A stretch of DNA of 64,000 nucleotides from Oikopleura dioica (taxonomy: Eukaryota; Animalia; Chordata): assembly GCA_907165135.1 (NCBI GenBank), contig OU015569.1:9052001-9116000 (forward strand), written 5' to 3'. The translations under genes and the position numbers were made by a program. This document shows positions 62,406-64,000 of the stretch, in pieces. The first letter of the stretch is position 1. Each line of letters starts with the position of its first letter. The notes under the pieces were generated by a model that searched no databases, was not told where the DNA came from, and worked only from the letters and a program-made list of their open reading frames with translations.

Positions 62406-63679
62406 GTGCCGCAAAATTATTATTCTACCACAAAATTTACCCCTCTTCATTGGTCTCCTCTCCTTCTCCAAGCCCTTCAATTAAGAAGGGCTGACTGGAA
62501 CTGTGCGAGTGCCTTCCCAACTTGATCATACTTGCTGCTCCTTCTTTCCGTTTCTTCCCAAGTCTCCACCAACAGTGCACTCACCTTCTTTGGGAACTGA
62601 GCACCGTTTCTCTCAATCTTTGGTCAGCTTACTAATATCAAAATCCTTCTCGCGGAGGAAACTCACTTCTTCTGCCCCATTTTTCTCTGATTTTAAAATT
62701 ATTAATAAATGAAATTATTATTTTAAGTATTTTTTTATTGCTATGAAAACAAACCTCGATTTGTCTGAAAAAATTATTCTGTATGAAACCCATTTCTTAT
62801 AGAAGTATCTCACATCGTAATTAATGCATCCTGAGTCTACAATTATATCTACTCGTAGATTTTAGAATTAAAAACTGCATCTCAAGTGCGACGAACAAAA
62901 TATTTAACTCTGAAGCGAGTAAAAGCAATCACTGACGCCTTTTACGTTCGAAAGTCACCGTTTTAGATTTCACGGCGAAACTTAGTTGATTGAAGTTCTC
63001 GTTTCTATTTGTGTTTGAGTCAAAATATCCAAGTGCCTTTTAATTAGATTCCCTAATTAGTAAATTTCATCAGCAATTGTTTTAAGTTGTCCTTTTCTCT
63101 TTTGTCAGATTGGACCATTCATTCTCCCGATTCTCCGCAAATTCCCGAACAAAAAGTATTAAGCTACTTACAGAACTAGTGCTGTTCGTATTTTTTTACT
63201 CTGCTCACTCCTCTAACGTTCATTCCTCCTATACATCGTATCGAAGCCACGTGAGTTCAATTATATGTTTTATTGTGGCCAGCAAAAAGTATTTACTGAA
63301 ATTTGTTTACGAATAAAAAATGAACCAAAAATGGAAGCATAGGAGCTTTTTTTTATCAAAATAGACTCTCTACATATTTCTCTAGTCCGCATCTTGGTTA
63401 TGCACGAATTTATCACCATATTAGCAGCGGATAGTTAGATCCTAATCATACCATTAGTATTAGGCAGGTGCTGTGGCGTATTTCTTACAATCTGATTGCC
63501 TCTCAGCGGGATACCGCTGTATAAACTGTCAGTTTGGTACGAAGGAATGCGAGTAAAATTACATTTTTCGAAAGAATGCCGAGAAAAAAACGCACAAGCA
63601 AAGCAATAGTAATTAAAGATGAATTCGAAGAGAAGCCAAATGGTAAAACTAAAACGAAGACAAAGATTTAAATCTCTGT

Positions 63680-64000
63680 TCAGGCAGATCGAAGAAGAAA
63701 CGAGTAGAGCCTCCCCCTCCTGATCTGGACTTCGAAAGATGTTGGAGACAACCATTTGCTCTCTTCAAAAATGAAGTTGAACGGCTCGGACGGGAAGTTG
63801 GTGCCTCCGAAGAACAAAAACTCCGCTTGATGACGAACTGTAGAGACGAATGCCAACGAACGATTATGCGGATCACCGAAAAGAACAGACGAGAACTCTG
63901 TCAATATGTGACTGGCAAAGAGAACCTAAGAAAGTATGAAAGAGTTGAGTAGCACAATTTTATTTTTCGATTCAGGTTCAAGGCGACTTTCTCCGAAGAC
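63680..64000 (-). CDS. 3' end of a hypothetical gene (runs off the window)
   Basis: Open exon VLFASHILTEFSSVLFGDPHNRS...LLRSA* preceded by a pyrimidine-AG acceptor. Confidence 0.35.

Overview
Gene-dense eukaryotic DNA: about 28 intron-containing genes in 64 kb. Most introns are 35-60 nt, many have non-GT donors (GA-AG, GG-AG, GC-AG), and same-strand genes are tightly spaced with AG acceptors just before the ATG. This pattern best fits the larvacean tunicate Oikopleura (inference, no database check). Genes recognised by manual splicing and motif recall: DDX3/PL10 (3' part), TAX1BP3, Flower/CACFD1, cathepsin L (1-nt frameshift), TFIIA large subunit, importin-4, a DEG/ENaC channel, a rhomboid protease, a secreted EGF protein, an SLC23 transporter, PLA2G6, a kringle/EGF-like secreted protein, a class A GPCR, a ZP-domain protein, a Ulp/SENP protease, a Cip/Kip CDK inhibitor, two Myb/SANT-like genes, an RNF4-like SIM-RING ligase, ECHDC1 and a ZC3H7-like protein. 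The main discovery is an apparently intact 4482-bp DNA transposon (54375-58856) inside an ECHDC1 intron. It has ~278-bp TIRs and a 3-bp TSD, and encodes a 7-exon, 1005-aa Sola-like DDD transposase. It also carries about 20 copies of a TGCGC(A)AAA motif in its ends, introns and coding sequence. Six MITE/foldback elements with four kinds of target-site signature are also present. One hAT MITE interrupts a coding exon and supplies a new 99-aa C-terminus; a foldback sits 7 nt after the CDK-inhibitor stop codon. Cathepsin L contains two near-identical 45-nt introns. All splice models are manual predictions without transcript support.
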